Below are positions 39,098-49,497 of a stretch of DNA of 61,974 nucleotides, in pieces (position 1 is the stretch's first letter; each line of letters opens with the position of its first letter). This stretch comes from an uncultured Candidatus Actinomarina sp. (lineage in GTDB: Bacteria; Actinomycetota; Acidimicrobiia; Actinomarinales; Actinomarinaceae): contig CABXDM010000003.1 in the NCBI GenBank assembly GCA_902510965.1, positions 1 through 61,974 on the forward strand, given 5' to 3'. Position numbers and translations under genes: made by a program. The notes under the pieces are model-generated. The model ran no database searches and had not been told where the DNA came from. It was given only the letters and a program-made list of their open reading frames with translations.

Positions 39098-41051
39098 TTT
39101 CAGTATCTTCTGTAAACTCTTCTTCTAGAGGTTCTGTGCCCCAACCAAAACTACCTATAAGTATTAATAAGACACCTACTATTGCTAAAGGAAGGGACTT
39201 ATAAATAACGGCATATCCGAGAAATGGTAAGCCAGACGCCAAAATTATAGGAAAATATGATGGGTTTGGAAGTTCTATATCTTCTTTTGGATTCAACCCT
39301 TCTTCTTCTAGTTCAAGCAAAAGAGCATCAGCGGTGTCTCTTTTAACAGGTCGGCCCTCTTCATCTTCGTCATATTTCATGTGCCAGAAATCATCAAGAG
39401 ACTTTACTTCTGGAGCTTTTGAGAAGTTCCATACGGGTGTAGGGGAAGGTATACTCCACTCAATTGTCCTTGCATCCCAGGGATCAAAACCAGCTTCAGG
39501 ACCTTTTCTTCTAGAATAAATCCAGTTTGCCATGAATACTAAAATTGAAAGAGCAATTATGAATGCACCTATAGAAACTATTAAGTTCCAGAATGCTAAA
39601 TTTGTTTCTTCTGCATAAACCCAGGTTCTTCTAACTTGACCCTGTAGTCCAAGCCAATGCATTGGCCCGAAAGTAAGATTAAACCCAATCATCATCAACC
39701 AAAAATGTATTTTTCCAAGGGTCTCGTTATACATCTTCCCCCAAACTTTTGGAAACCAATAATAAAGACCCGAAAAGATACCAAACATTGCACCGCCAAA
39801 TAAAACATAGTGAAAGTGGGCAACTACATAGTAGGTATCTGTCTGTTGTGTGTCAGCTGGAACAATAGCGTGAGTCACACCACTTAAACCACCAATTAAA
39901 AACATTCCAATAAATCCTAAAGAGAAAAGCATAGGAGTTTTCATACTTAACTTGCCACCCCATATAGTTCCAAGCCAATTAAATATCTTAACACCTGTTG
40001 GCACAGCAATAACCATAGTAGACAGACCAAACCCAGCTTGCGCCACTGGACTTATTGCTGAAGCAAACATATGATGTGCCCAGACTCCAAATCCAATAAA
40101 TGCAATTCCGAAACCAGCAAATACTATTGCAGGATAACCAAAGAGTGGTTTTCTGGAAAATGTAGGGAGTACTTCAGAAACAATACCAAAGGCAGGAAGT
40201 ATTAGGATATAAACCTCAGGATGGCCAAAGAGCCAGAATAAATGTTGCCAGAGTATTGGGTCTCCTCCACCTTCTGTTAAAAAGAAAGTTGTTCCAAATT
40301 GTCTATCGAAAGTTACATAGAATAAAGCTATTGCAATTATTGGTAGAGAGAATGCTAGTAAAAAAGAAACGGCAAAGGTCATCCAAGTGAAAACTGGCAT
40401 CCTCATGAATCGCATCCCCTTTGTCCTCATATTAAGAATTGTTGTTATGAAGTTAAAAGCTGAAACTAAAGAAGCAATACCAAGTATTTGTAATCCAATC
40501 GCCCAATAATCCATAGCTGTACCGGGAGAGTACTTCATTCCGGCATTAGGTTGATAGCCAAACCAACCTCCGTTCGGAGCAGAGCCAAGGCGACTTACCT
40601 CTTCTGCTAGATAACCACCTTCTGGTGCTCCAGCAGTTCCAAATAGAAAAGTTGAGTATAGAAACACACCACCAAATATAAAAATCCAGAAAGAAAGTGC
40701 ATTCAATCTTGGAAAAGCGACATCTCTGGCTCCAATTTGTAAAGGAAGTAAGTAGTTAAAAAATGCTGCACTAATTGGCATGATCGCAAGAAATATCATG
40801 GTTGTTCCATGCATGGTGAACATTGCATTATATTCAGCCGCACTTAAAAAGTTATTATCAGGTGATGCAAGCTGTATTCTCAACAAAAGAGCTTCAATTC
40901 CTCCAACTAATAAAAAGAAAAATGCTGCATAGCCGTACATTATTCCTATACGTTTGTGGTCTACAGTAGTAATCCAGCTCCAGATACCTGTTTCAGAAGA
41001 GGGTCTTTTAAAAATATTAGATTGTTTCTTAGGTTGTATAATCTTTGTCAT
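39090..41051 (-). CDS. ctaD: Cytochrome c oxidase subunit I (A1 type)
   Basis: DHKRIG, FTMHGTTM, WLFGHPEVY, WAHHMF, VAHFHYV. Confidence 0.97.
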   Translation of the reverse strand: MTKIIQPKKQSNIFKRPSSETGIWSWITTVDHKRIGIMYGYAAFFFLLVGGIEALLLRIQLASPDNNFLSAAEYNAMFTMHGTTMIFLAIMPISAAFFNYLLPLQIGARDVAFPRLNALSFWIFIFGGVFLYSTFLFGTAGAPEGGYLAEEVSRLGSAPNGGWFGYQPNAGMKYSPGTAMDYWAIGLQILGIASLVSAFNFITTILNMRTKGMRFMRMPVFTWMTFAVSFLLAFSLPIIAIALFYVTFDRQFGTTFFLTEGGGDPILWQHLFWLFGHPEVYILILPAFGIVSEVLPTFSRKPLFGYPAIVFAGFGIAFIGFGVWAHHMFASAISPVAQAGFGLSTMVIAVPTGVKIFNWLGTIWGGKLSMKTPMLFSLGFIGMFLIGGLSGVTHAIVPADTQQTDTYYVVAHFHYVLFGGAMFGIFSGLYYWFPKVWGKMYNETLGKIHFWLMMIGFNLTFGPMHWLGLQGQVRRTWVYAEETNLAFWNLIVSIGAFIIALSILVFMANWIYSRRKGPEAGFDPWDARTIEWSIPSPTPVWNFSKAPEVKSLDDFWHMKYDEDEEGRPVKRDTADALLLELEEEGLNPKEDIELPNPSYFPIILASGLPFLGYAVIYKSLPLAIVGVLLILIGSFGWGTEPLEEEFTEDTENE

Positions 41052-42064
41052 TTAAGTGTTCCTAAATATGCAATTAGTGCATTTATTTCTTTCTCAGTTA
41101 ATTCTAGATTAGGCATGAAAGTACCGGGTTTTATCTCGGCAGGATTTGCAAGCCATTTTGTTAGATTTTCTCGATTGTTTTTTAATGCTGCACCAGCAAA
41201 TACATTTCTATTTGCAAAGTGAGTCAAGTTTGGAGCAATTCTATCTCCTTGGACATCCCATACACCATCAATTACATGACACTGTGTACAACCTGCATTT
41301 AGATAAACAAGTTGCCCCTCAGCGGCCAATGAGGACTCAGGTAATTCTTTCTCAGCATAAGACTGTTCATTTTCAACCCAAGATGCAAAATCCGCTTCAG
41401 TCATAGAAATTACACGCCCGCGCATTTTTGAATGACTTAAACCACAATACTCTCCACACTGAGCCCAAAATTCTTCAGGAGAATCTGCCTGAAGATTAAG
41501 ATAAGTTTTTTGTCCTGGTACTAAGTATTTCTTCCCATTTAACTTTGGAACCCAATAGTTGTGTAATACATCATTTGACCACATCTCAAGTCTGACAGGT
41601 TGATCTTCTGGTATCACTAAAACATTGGCAGTTGTAATACCAAAGTCTGGATATTTGTATTCAAACCACCACTGATGTCCTATAACTTCAATTTTTAATG
41701 CATCTTCAGGTTCTCGAGCTAGATCAAAAATAGTTTGTACGGTTGGGACAGCTATGGCAGCTAAGATCATAACTGGAATTATGGTCCAAAGTATTTCTAA
41801 AAAGTTATTTCCATGAATTTGTTTTGGTTCAGGGCTTCCTTCCCTTTCTTTAAAATAAAATACCGAAAAAAGTAATGCACCTTGAACGATTACGAAAACG
41901 CCTACAGCAATCCAAAAGGTGAGCCAAAAAAGTTCATCTATACTCCTTGAATAAGGACCCGCTGGACTCAATGAATCAAGTGGAGCATCTTCTATACACG
42001 AGGATAGAAAGATAAAACTCAACCAATAAATTTTCTTATGTCTAAACATTTTATTCACAAACAA
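41048..42064 (-). CDS. ctaC: Cytochrome c oxidase subunit II with fused cytochrome c (caa3 type)
   Basis: GHQWWF, DVLHNYW, CuA CGEYCGLSHSKM, C-terminal heme motif CTQCH and MPN. Exact start uncertain (42064/42058/42049). Confidence 0.93.
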   Translation of the reverse strand: MFVNKMFRHKKIYWLSFIFLSSCIEDAPLDSLSPAGPYSRSIDELFWLTFWIAVGVFVIVQGALLFSVFYFKEREGSPEPKQIHGNNFLEILWTIIPVMILAAIAVPTVQTIFDLAREPEDALKIEVIGHQWWFEYKYPDFGITTANVLVIPEDQPVRLEMWSNDVLHNYWVPKLNGKKYLVPGQKTYLNLQADSPEEFWAQCGEYCGLSHSKMRGRVISMTEADFASWVENEQSYAEKELPESSLAAEGQLVYLNAGCTQCHVIDGVWDVQGDRIAPNLTHFANRNVFAGAALKNNRENLTKWLANPAEIKPGTFMPNLELTEKEINALIAYLGTLK

Positions 42065-42119
42065 CCCTTTAGGATAGCGTTCAAACTATATATAGTGTAA
42101 TCATAAGTAGTATGAGTTA

Positions 42120-43007
42120 ATGTTATCAAACAAAATTTCTTTGGTAAAAAAATATATAAAACTCTCTAAATTAAGAGTTGTAGAGCTGCTACTTGTTACT
42201 ACTGTCCCAAGCATGATTGTTTCTCTCTACTCTATGCCCCCGTTAAATCTGGTTGCTTACACTTTAATCGGAGGAACATTGCTAGCAGTAAGCGCAAATG
42301 TGATGAATCAGGTATTCGAAATAGATAGAGATAAACTTATGACAAGAACTTCAGATAGACCCCTCGTTACCGGAGATCTTAAAAAGTCTAGTGCCATAAT
42401 TTACTCTATAGTGATGGGTGTAATTGGTTTTATGGTTTTATATTTCTTGACTACCCCAACAGCAGCATTAATAGGTCTTATTGCAAATCAGTTTTATATA
42501 TTTGTTTATACATTGATTTTAAAGCCCAGAACAAATCAAAATATTGTAATAGGTGGAGCGGCAGGAGCAGCTCCAGTATTAATTGGATGGACGGCAACAG
42601 GAAGTACACTTGACGTAGGAGCTTGGTTACTATTTCTACTTGTTTTCATGTGGACACCGGCACATTTTTGGGCACTCTCTATAGAAAATGAGTCTGACTA
42701 CAAAAATGCAGATTTTCCAATGCTCCCCACCCAAGAAACTCACGAAAGGTCATCTATATATATTGCAATTTATTCCTGTGCTACAGTTTTGATATCAATA
42801 GCTGCAGCCCCGGTTTTACAATTAGGTATTGTGTATTTGTTAATATCGATTTCATTAGGAACAAATCTTATGTATAAATCTTTTAGCCTTTATAAAAAAA
42901 ATATACAACCAATTAAATATTTTGTCTTTTCAAATACTTATCTAGCTGTTATATTTTTAGGAATAGTTGCAGACATAATGTGGACTTTAAGAGGTGTTGT
43001 TACATGA
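42120..43007 (+). CDS. ctaB: Protoheme IX farnesyltransferase
   Basis: DRDKLMTRTSDRPL, LKPRTNQNIVIGGAAGA, WTPAHFWAL. Confidence 0.95.
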   Translation: MLSNKISLVKKYIKLSKLRVVELLLVTTVPSMIVSLYSMPPLNLVAYTLIGGTLLAVSANVMNQVFEIDRDKLMTRTSDRPLVTGDLKKSSAIIYSIVMGVIGFMVLYFLTTPTAALIGLIANQFYIFVYTLILKPRTNQNIVIGGAAGAAPVLIGWTATGSTLDVGAWLLFLLVFMWTPAHFWALSIENESDYKNADFPMLPTQETHERSSIYIAIYSCATVLISIAAAPVLQLGIVYLLISISLGTNLMYKSFSLYKKNIQPIKYFVFSNTYLAVIFLGIVADIMWTLRGVVT

Positions 43008-43834
43008 ACGAAATATTCCTTGCCATTACATACCCTCCAATCCCAATTACACAGCTAGGGCCAGTGGCATTTTCGCTGCACGGAGTATTTGCTGCAGTAG
43101 GATTTTATTTTGGATCTACATATGCCATCAAGTTGTGTGAAAAGGATGGACATGATGATCAGTTGTTTTCAGATGCGTTTACTTGGGCAATCTTTGGTGC
43201 AATTATTGGCGCTAGGTTTTTCACTATTCCCGCTCATATTGGAGATCCGGGATACGGTTTAGATGATGTATTTTCTGTGGCCGGTAGCTATTCAATAATG
43301 GGAGGCATGTCGGGAGGTATCATTGCAGCATATTTAAGAATTGTAATAATAGGTAAAGCAGAATTTAATACTTATAGTGATTATGCTGCCCCAGCTTTAA
43401 TTATGGGCATTGCAATTGGAAGAATAGGAGATCTTGCAATCGTAGAGCATCTTGGTAGAGCAACTGATTTTGTTTTTGGATATGAGATTAAACCCGGTTA
43501 TGATGTTGCCCCCCAACACAATGCACTCGAGTGCGTAGCACCAGAAGTTTCATGTGGTACTTTTCATCATGTTGCCATGTATGATTTAATTCTTGCAACA
43601 ATTTTCTTTTTCATATTTAGGTATTTACAAAAAAATCTAAATTTAGGAAGTGGTTCATGGATAGGTCTTTGGGCAATATGGTATGGGGTACAGCGAATGA
43701 TATTAGACACTTTAAGATTTGGAATGGGTGATGCAACAATTGGTAGCTTTACATGGAATCAAATCGGAGGAGCAACCCTGGCTACTATAGGATTGATTGT
43801 CTTTTTAAGATTTAAGAATATTAGAACAGGCTGA
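43004..43834 (+). CDS. lgt: Prolipoprotein diacylglyceryl transferase
   Basis: GAIIGARFF, SIMGGMSGG, AIGRIGD, H..AMYD; ATGA-coupled to ctaB. Confidence 0.8.
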   Translation: MNEIFLAITYPPIPITQLGPVAFSLHGVFAAVGFYFGSTYAIKLCEKDGHDDQLFSDAFTWAIFGAIIGARFFTIPAHIGDPGYGLDDVFSVAGSYSIMGGMSGGIIAAYLRIVIIGKAEFNTYSDYAAPALIMGIAIGRIGDLAIVEHLGRATDFVFGYEIKPGYDVAPQHNALECVAPEVSCGTFHHVAMYDLILATIFFFIFRYLQKNLNLGSGSWIGLWAIWYGVQRMILDTLRFGMGDATIGSFTWNQIGGATLATIGLIVFLRFKNIRTG

Positions 43835-44744
43835 CTATAAACAAAGCATAAGCCGCCAACATAGAGTAACCCACCAATGGACTTCTTTTAACGGTACCCC
43901 TTGAAACTATAATTACTACTAGAGAGATAAAGTACATCATAAACATCTGAATAGTTACATCAGATTCTATGTTTCCTGGTTGAATTATTATAGAAGCACC
44001 TCCAACAAGCCCAATGTTAAATAAATTAGATCCAAAAATATTTCCAAAAACTAAATCAGGTTTTTTTAATCTCGCAGCAGAAATAGTTCCAGCCACCTCC
44101 GGAAGGCTGGTTCCGAGTGCGACCACTGTAACGCCAATAACTATCGATGAAATGCCAAATAATTCAGCTAGTTGTATTGCATTATCAACAACCAATGAGC
44201 TTCCATATATTGTTGCAGTCAGAGATAGCAATGCTTTTGGCCACACATTAGCAATAACCTCATCTAAATATTCCTCTTCGTCAATAGCTTCTTCATTTAC
44301 CAATTTGTAAGTTATCGCACATACGAGTACTAACAAAGTAACACCAAGAACTAGTGGAAATTCATTAATCAACATGTAACTAGATACAAAAACTGTTGTA
44401 ACAATCATCATCCAGAAGGATGAAGTAGGATTTAGCTTAATTTTTTTGTTGTAAGACTTATCGATAAAAAGATACAATACAGCAACCACTAGTAGTGAAT
44501 TCGCAATATTTGAACCGATTATATTTCCTATACCAAGTGATAAATTTCCATTCAAAGCAGCACCTGTACTTGCAAAAAGTTCAGGTGCTGAAGTACCAAA
44601 ACCAATAAAAGTTGCACCAATTATAGATTGGGGAATGTTAAGCTTCACCGCAATTTGAACAGCAGACTTAACCATTACATCAGCACCTTTTACTAAAAGG
44701 ATGAAACCTACAGCAAGGCCAAGGAGAATAATTAAAATATCCAT
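43821..44744 (-). CDS. Calcium/sodium antiporter (YrbG family)
   Basis: Two alpha repeats GTSAPELF...GNIIGSNIAN and GTSLPEV...GNIFGSNLFN. Confidence 0.92.
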   Translation of the reverse strand: MDILIILLGLAVGFILLVKGADVMVKSAVQIAVKLNIPQSIIGATFIGFGTSAPELFASTGAALNGNLSLGIGNIIGSNIANSLLVVAVLYLFIDKSYNKKIKLNPTSSFWMMIVTTVFVSSYMLINEFPLVLGVTLLVLVCAITYKLVNEEAIDEEEYLDEVIANVWPKALLSLTATIYGSSLVVDNAIQLAELFGISSIVIGVTVVALGTSLPEVAGTISAARLKKPDLVFGNIFGSNLFNIGLVGGASIIIQPGNIESDVTIQMFMMYFISLVVIIVSRGTVKRSPLVGYSMLAAYALFIVSLF

Positions 44745-44750
44745 TTATTT

Positions 44751-45569
44751 TTAATTCTTGGAGTCTCTCCAGGCTATCCACTCTTTAACGTCAGTTAAAT
44801 CATATCCAGGACCATTTACCGCAAGAGTTACTTCTGTTGCTCCAGCTTCAATAAGTTCATCAGCTAAATCAATTCTTTTTATATCAATACCAATCGATCT
44901 CTTAATCTCTTTGGGATCTCTACCAATTTCTTTACACCAATTATCTAGGACTTTATTCTTATGAGCCACAGTTTCTATACCTGATCTTTCTTCAGTTTTT
45001 GTAGCAAAACCATGCCAGATATCAGCGTATTGAGCAGTGATTCTAAGGGTAACTTTTTCACCACCACCACCAATTAATATTGGTATTTTTCTCTTAGGCT
45101 GGGGATTAAGCTCCTTCATTCTCTTAACAATTCTTTCAAGAGATCTTTCGAGTGCATGAAGTCGGGAAATTGCAGTACCAAACTCATAACCGTATTCCTC
45201 ATAATCTTGTTCAAACCAACCTGAACCAATACCCAATATTGCTCGTCCGTTTGAGATATGATCGACAGTTCTTGCCATATCTGCAAGTAGTTCAGGATTT
45301 CTATAAGAGTTACAAGTTACAAGTGGCCCTATATCAACTTTACTTGTGACCTCTCCCCAGCTGGATAGCATTGTCCAACATTCAAAGTGTTTTCCTTCTC
45401 TTCTTTCGCCTTCACCCCACTGAGTACCATCTTCTTTGTAGAGAGGGTAGAAATGATCCCAATTATAAATAGCATCTGCTCCTATTTCCTCAGCCTCTAT
45501 TGCAGCCTGTCTAATCTGATCATATTCAGCGTGCTGAGGTTGTAAAAATACGGCTATTCTAGGTTTCAT
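44751..45569 (-). CDS. LLM-class F420-dependent oxidoreductase (MSMEG_2906-like)
   Basis: LQPQHA, NWDHFYPL, HFECWT, VTCNSYRNPELLADMARTVDHIS, GSGWFE. Confidence 0.88.
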   Translation of the reverse strand: MKPRIAVFLQPQHAEYDQIRQAAIEAEEIGADAIYNWDHFYPLYKEDGTQWGEGERREGKHFECWTMLSSWGEVTSKVDIGPLVTCNSYRNPELLADMARTVDHISNGRAILGIGSGWFEQDYEEYGYEFGTAISRLHALERSLERIVKRMKELNPQPKRKIPILIGGGGEKVTLRITAQYADIWHGFATKTEERSGIETVAHKNKVLDNWCKEIGRDPKEIKRSIGIDIKRIDLADELIEAGATEVTLAVNGPGYDLTDVKEWIAWRDSKN

Positions 45570-45590
45570 TTCTTATCTCCTATTCTTATA

Positions 45591-48113
45591 TTATTTTTCA
45601 AGGATACTTTCATCCAAAGTACTATTTATATGTATCACTAGATTCATATTAGCTTCAAGCTTTTCTAATTTTTGCGCCATAAGTTTTTCTGCTGACGGTA
45701 AAGGATTTGCCATTATGAATGATCTTATATCATCTCCCAGCTCGCGGTCAAAAATCGCATCAAGACCAGAAAGTATTCTAGAGGCTGTCCATTCTGGCAT
45801 AACCCCTAATAAACCTGAATAATTATCTTTAATCTCATTCCAAGAGTCTTTCCCCGTAACTTTATTTGCAATCATTGATGCCAAGATATACGGACAATCG
45901 GCCCCTCTTATTGTGCCATCTAGCATTGACTGAACAATGATTTTGCCAGCATTAGGGTCTCTAACTACTCCTAGAATTGCCCTATACCTTCCTTCAATCT
46001 GTGGTGATCCTGCATTTAAGAATTTCTCCAAAAAATGTTCAATTTTTATTTCTGGATCTAGTGCAGAGATGTATAAGGTAGTGTTGTAGAGGCTGCCATC
46101 TTCAATACTTTCGATACTTCCATCTTTGAATTTACTGCTATAGAAATCTACAAAAGATTCATCATTTTCTATTGTTCCTATTAATTTATTAATAGTTGCC
46201 CTTAATTCTTTAATTTCCATAGAATCAGAATCTTTTATTTCTTTACCTAAATCATTTTTAATCGAATCAATAAGTTCATTGAAATAATTAACAAAGGATA
46301 CATTACTCTCATTTGGAAGGATTTTAGACAAAGAGGAAATTATACCAGCTACATAAGCCCAAATATTAGGGTCTCTTTCTGACTTATAAATTGGTAAAAA
46401 TTCTAAGAATTCATTAATTGAAAACTTTCCAATAGTTACTGATTTCCAAGTGTCTTCTAGAAGTCTATATTTTTCTAATGAATTAAGCTCATTAAAGCTT
46501 TCTTTTATCTTTGTAAATATTTCGGCATCATAAACAACATGATAAAAAGCCCAGCCACCATTATTGATAAAAGGTATTTCGCCCAATGCGTCTAATTCAA
46601 TTGTTTTTGAGTTTTGTACAAGTGTATGAACTTTTCCTGTATCTAAAAACCTGACATTAACAGGTATTTCCCAAAGTGAATCATCAGTTGAGCCATCAAT
46701 CAAAAATTTTGACTGTTCCAGAATAAATTTACCACCTGATTTACTTACTTTAATAATTGGAAATCCTGGTTGCTTAATCCAGGTTGGCAGCATTTTATTT
46801 AAAGGAAGTTTACTTGCTTCACTTAAAGATTCCCATAAATCCGAAGAATGAGTGTTTTCAAATTTATATTTGTTTAGATATTGCTGCACACCTTTTTGAA
46901 AAACCTCTTCTCCAACAAACATCTCAAACATCCTTAATACAGTCGATCCTTTTTCATATGTAAGAACATCAAACATTTCTTCAGCTTGTTCTGGAGTCTC
47001 TACTTCAAACTCAACAGGTCGAGAGTTTTTTAATGAGTCAACTCCAAATCCTGCACTTCTAGAAAGGTTCATTTCACTCCACTGATCGAATTCGGGATAG
47101 GTTCCATTAGCTGCAATTGCTTCCATCAAACTTGCAAAAGCTTCATTAAGCCATATACCATCCCACCATTTCATCGTAACTAAATCTCCAAACCACATAT
47201 GTGCAAGCTCGTGTGCAATAACACTTACGGACCTTGAAAGTTCCTGGCGAGTAGCCTTGGACTCATCAATAAGAAGCAAGCTTTCACGAAATGTTACCGC
47301 CCCAACATTTTCCATAGCTCCCATGGCAAAATCAGGTATAGCAATGAGATCAAGCTTTGAACCGGGATAAGGTATTTGGTAATAATTTTCAAAAAACTCT
47401 AAGATCTTCATACCAGCAGTACCCGCAAAACTAGTTTGATGAGAAAAACCAGGTCTGTGAATTATTCTTATTTGTGTATCACCAATGCTGCCTACCTCGG
47501 TAACCTCAAGTTCACCTATAACAAAAGCTACAAGATAGGTTGACATTTTCATTGAATCTACAAATAATGTTTCAACCCTACCATCCTCTAATTTATTTTC
47601 TCTGAGCACTTTTTCATTAGATACCCTCAGGTACTTTTCGTCTGATGTCAAGGATATGGAAAATACTGCTTTATATTCAGGCTCATCCCAGCAGGGAAAA
47701 GCATTTCTTGCTGAAGTCGGTTCAAACTGAGTTGTGGCAATCCATTTTTCATTATCATTTAAATCTAAAAACTGGCTTTTATAAAATCCTTTTAAATCAT
47801 TAGTAATGGTTGAATTGAATTCAAGCTGTAGTGAGTATTTCCCAACAGGTATATTTTCACTTGCAGTAAAAGATATTCTCTCTAGGTCTCTTAAGTATTC
47901 AAAAGTAAGATCAAATTCTTTTTCATCTTCATTAAAAAGTAATGCGCTGATTATTTCAATATCTATGGCGTTAACTTCAAAAGATTTAGTCTCTTTTATT
48001 ATCTCAAGTTCAACATCTTGAGAACCAGTATATTTAAAGTTGGATAAGTCGATGTCAAGTTTGACTTCGTAGCGTACAGGTTTTGCCACCTTTGGTAATA
48101 TTGCTTTATTCAT
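45591..48113 (-). CDS. pepN: M1 family aminopeptidase N
   Basis: TQFEPTSAR.AFPCWDEP, GAMEN, AHELAHMWFGDLVT..WW..IWLNEAFA, YEKG. Start set at ATG 48113. Confidence 0.95.
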   Translation of the reverse strand: MNKAILPKVAKPVRYEVKLDIDLSNFKYTGSQDVELEIIKETKSFEVNAIDIEIISALLFNEDEKEFDLTFEYLRDLERISFTASENIPVGKYSLQLEFNSTITNDLKGFYKSQFLDLNDNEKWIATTQFEPTSARNAFPCWDEPEYKAVFSISLTSDEKYLRVSNEKVLRENKLEDGRVETLFVDSMKMSTYLVAFVIGELEVTEVGSIGDTQIRIIHRPGFSHQTSFAGTAGMKILEFFENYYQIPYPGSKLDLIAIPDFAMGAMENVGAVTFRESLLLIDESKATRQELSRSVSVIAHELAHMWFGDLVTMKWWDGIWLNEAFASLMEAIAANGTYPEFDQWSEMNLSRSAGFGVDSLKNSRPVEFEVETPEQAEEMFDVLTYEKGSTVLRMFEMFVGEEVFQKGVQQYLNKYKFENTHSSDLWESLSEASKLPLNKMLPTWIKQPGFPIIKVSKSGGKFILEQSKFLIDGSTDDSLWEIPVNVRFLDTGKVHTLVQNSKTIELDALGEIPFINNGGWAFYHVVYDAEIFTKIKESFNELNSLEKYRLLEDTWKSVTIGKFSINEFLEFLPIYKSERDPNIWAYVAGIISSLSKILPNESNVSFVNYFNELIDSIKNDLGKEIKDSDSMEIKELRATINKLIGTIENDESFVDFYSSKFKDGSIESIEDGSLYNTTLYISALDPEIKIEHFLEKFLNAGSPQIEGRYRAILGVVRDPNAGKIIVQSMLDGTIRGADCPYILASMIANKVTGKDSWNEIKDNYSGLLGVMPEWTASRILSGLDAIFDRELGDDIRSFIMANPLPSAEKLMAQKLEKLEANMNLVIHINSTLDESILEK

Positions 48114-49497
48114 TCTCTCTCCAATCAATGTGTATGTATTCTTCCGAATCTAATAGCTGTACAGTATGGCTTCCAAAGTAATCTCTTTGTGCCTGAATTA
48201 AGTTAGAAGGATTACTGTCAGAGCTTAAGTTCAAATACCAACTTAGACTGGATGATAATACTGGTAGAGAAATATTATTTAATATTGAGCTGCTGACTAC
48301 ATCTTTGACAACACTTAAGTTATCTTTCAACAAATTATGTAAAGATTCTGATTTTAAGAAATCTTCAGCTGTTTTATTAATCTCCAACAACTCATCAAGC
48401 ATCTGAGATCTAATAATGCATCCTCCACTCCAGTTATTAAAAATATCCGAATAGTTAATAGATAAATCGTTAACTTCACTGTATTTATGAATTATTTTAA
48501 GCCCCTGAACCATTGCAGCTACTCTCCCAAAATAAAGAGCCTTGCTGAGGTTTGATTCATTAATAACTTTATTAAATGAATAGTCGACTTCTAACATGGT
48601 ATCTTCATTTTGATTAGCAGTTTTTTTCCAAGTGTCAGCAGCATTACTTTGGACTCTTGCATCGTAGGCAGCGTATATTGAGGGCGCTGAAATACCTAAT
48701 TCGAATGAAGTTTCTATGGTTAGTTTTCCGGTTCCCTTATTGTTAGCAAAAGGTTTTATCAAATCTAAAGTAAAGACTTCACCATCTTTCTTTCTTAGTA
48801 TTTCACTTGTGATTTCAATTAAATAGGATGATTGATTCATCCCTTTTAGGGATTCAAAAAACTCTGCAATCTCAATATTGCTGTATTCAGCGTACTTTAA
48901 GAGATAGTAAGCCTCTGTAATTAGCTGCATTTCTGCATATTCAATACCATTGTGTACCATTTTTATAAAATGACCAGATCCGTGGCCTTTGTAAAGCCCT
49001 ATGCAATCATTAGGTGCTTTTGCAGAAATTGCGGTCAGTAGTTCAACCAATTCATCACTGAGATTATTAGCTGAGCCTATCATGATAGCTGGTCCATGTC
49101 TGGCACCTTCTTCTCCACCAGAAACACCCATACCAACAAATTCGATGGACTTTGATGAAAGAATATTTCCATGGTTCTCACTTTCTTGATAAAACGAATT
49201 GCCACCATCAATAATTACATCGCCCTCATCTAGTAGATTTGAAAGTTGGTTTATGACGGAGTGAGTAGGCTGTCCAGAGGGAATCATTAATAAGATATTG
49301 CGGGGGCGTTCAAGATTATCTATGAGCTCTTCTAACTTTGTGAATCCAGCAAACATGCCACCAAATTCTTCACTAATTACATCTATTTTTTCCCGAGAGC
49401 CATTGAATGCTTTTACAAAGGTACCCTTTTCAGCAATATTAAGGGCAATATTTTTCCCCATAACACCAAGGCCAATCAAACCAATTTCACTTAACAT
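48106..49497 (-). CDS. gnd: 6-phosphogluconate dehydrogenase (decarboxylating)
   Basis: GLIGLGVMG, IIDGGNS, GVSGGEEGAR, KMVHNGIEY, NKGTG, QAQRDYFGSH. Confidence 0.95.
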   Translation of the reverse strand: MLSEIGLIGLGVMGKNIALNIAEKGTFVKAFNGSREKIDVISEEFGGMFAGFTKLEELIDNLERPRNILLMIPSGQPTHSVINQLSNLLDEGDVIIDGGNSFYQESENHGNILSSKSIEFVGMGVSGGEEGARHGPAIMIGSANNLSDELVELLTAISAKAPNDCIGLYKGHGSGHFIKMVHNGIEYAEMQLITEAYYLLKYAEYSNIEIAEFFESLKGMNQSSYLIEITSEILRKKDGEVFTLDLIKPFANNKGTGKLTIETSFELGISAPSIYAAYDARVQSNAADTWKKTANQNEDTMLEVDYSFNKVINESNLSKALYFGRVAAMVQGLKIIHKYSEVNDLSINYSDIFNNWSGGCIIRSQMLDELLEINKTAEDFLKSESLHNLLKDNLSVVKDVVSSSILNNISLPVLSSSLSWYLNLSSDSNPSNLIQAQRDYFGSHTVQLLDSEEYIHIDWRENE

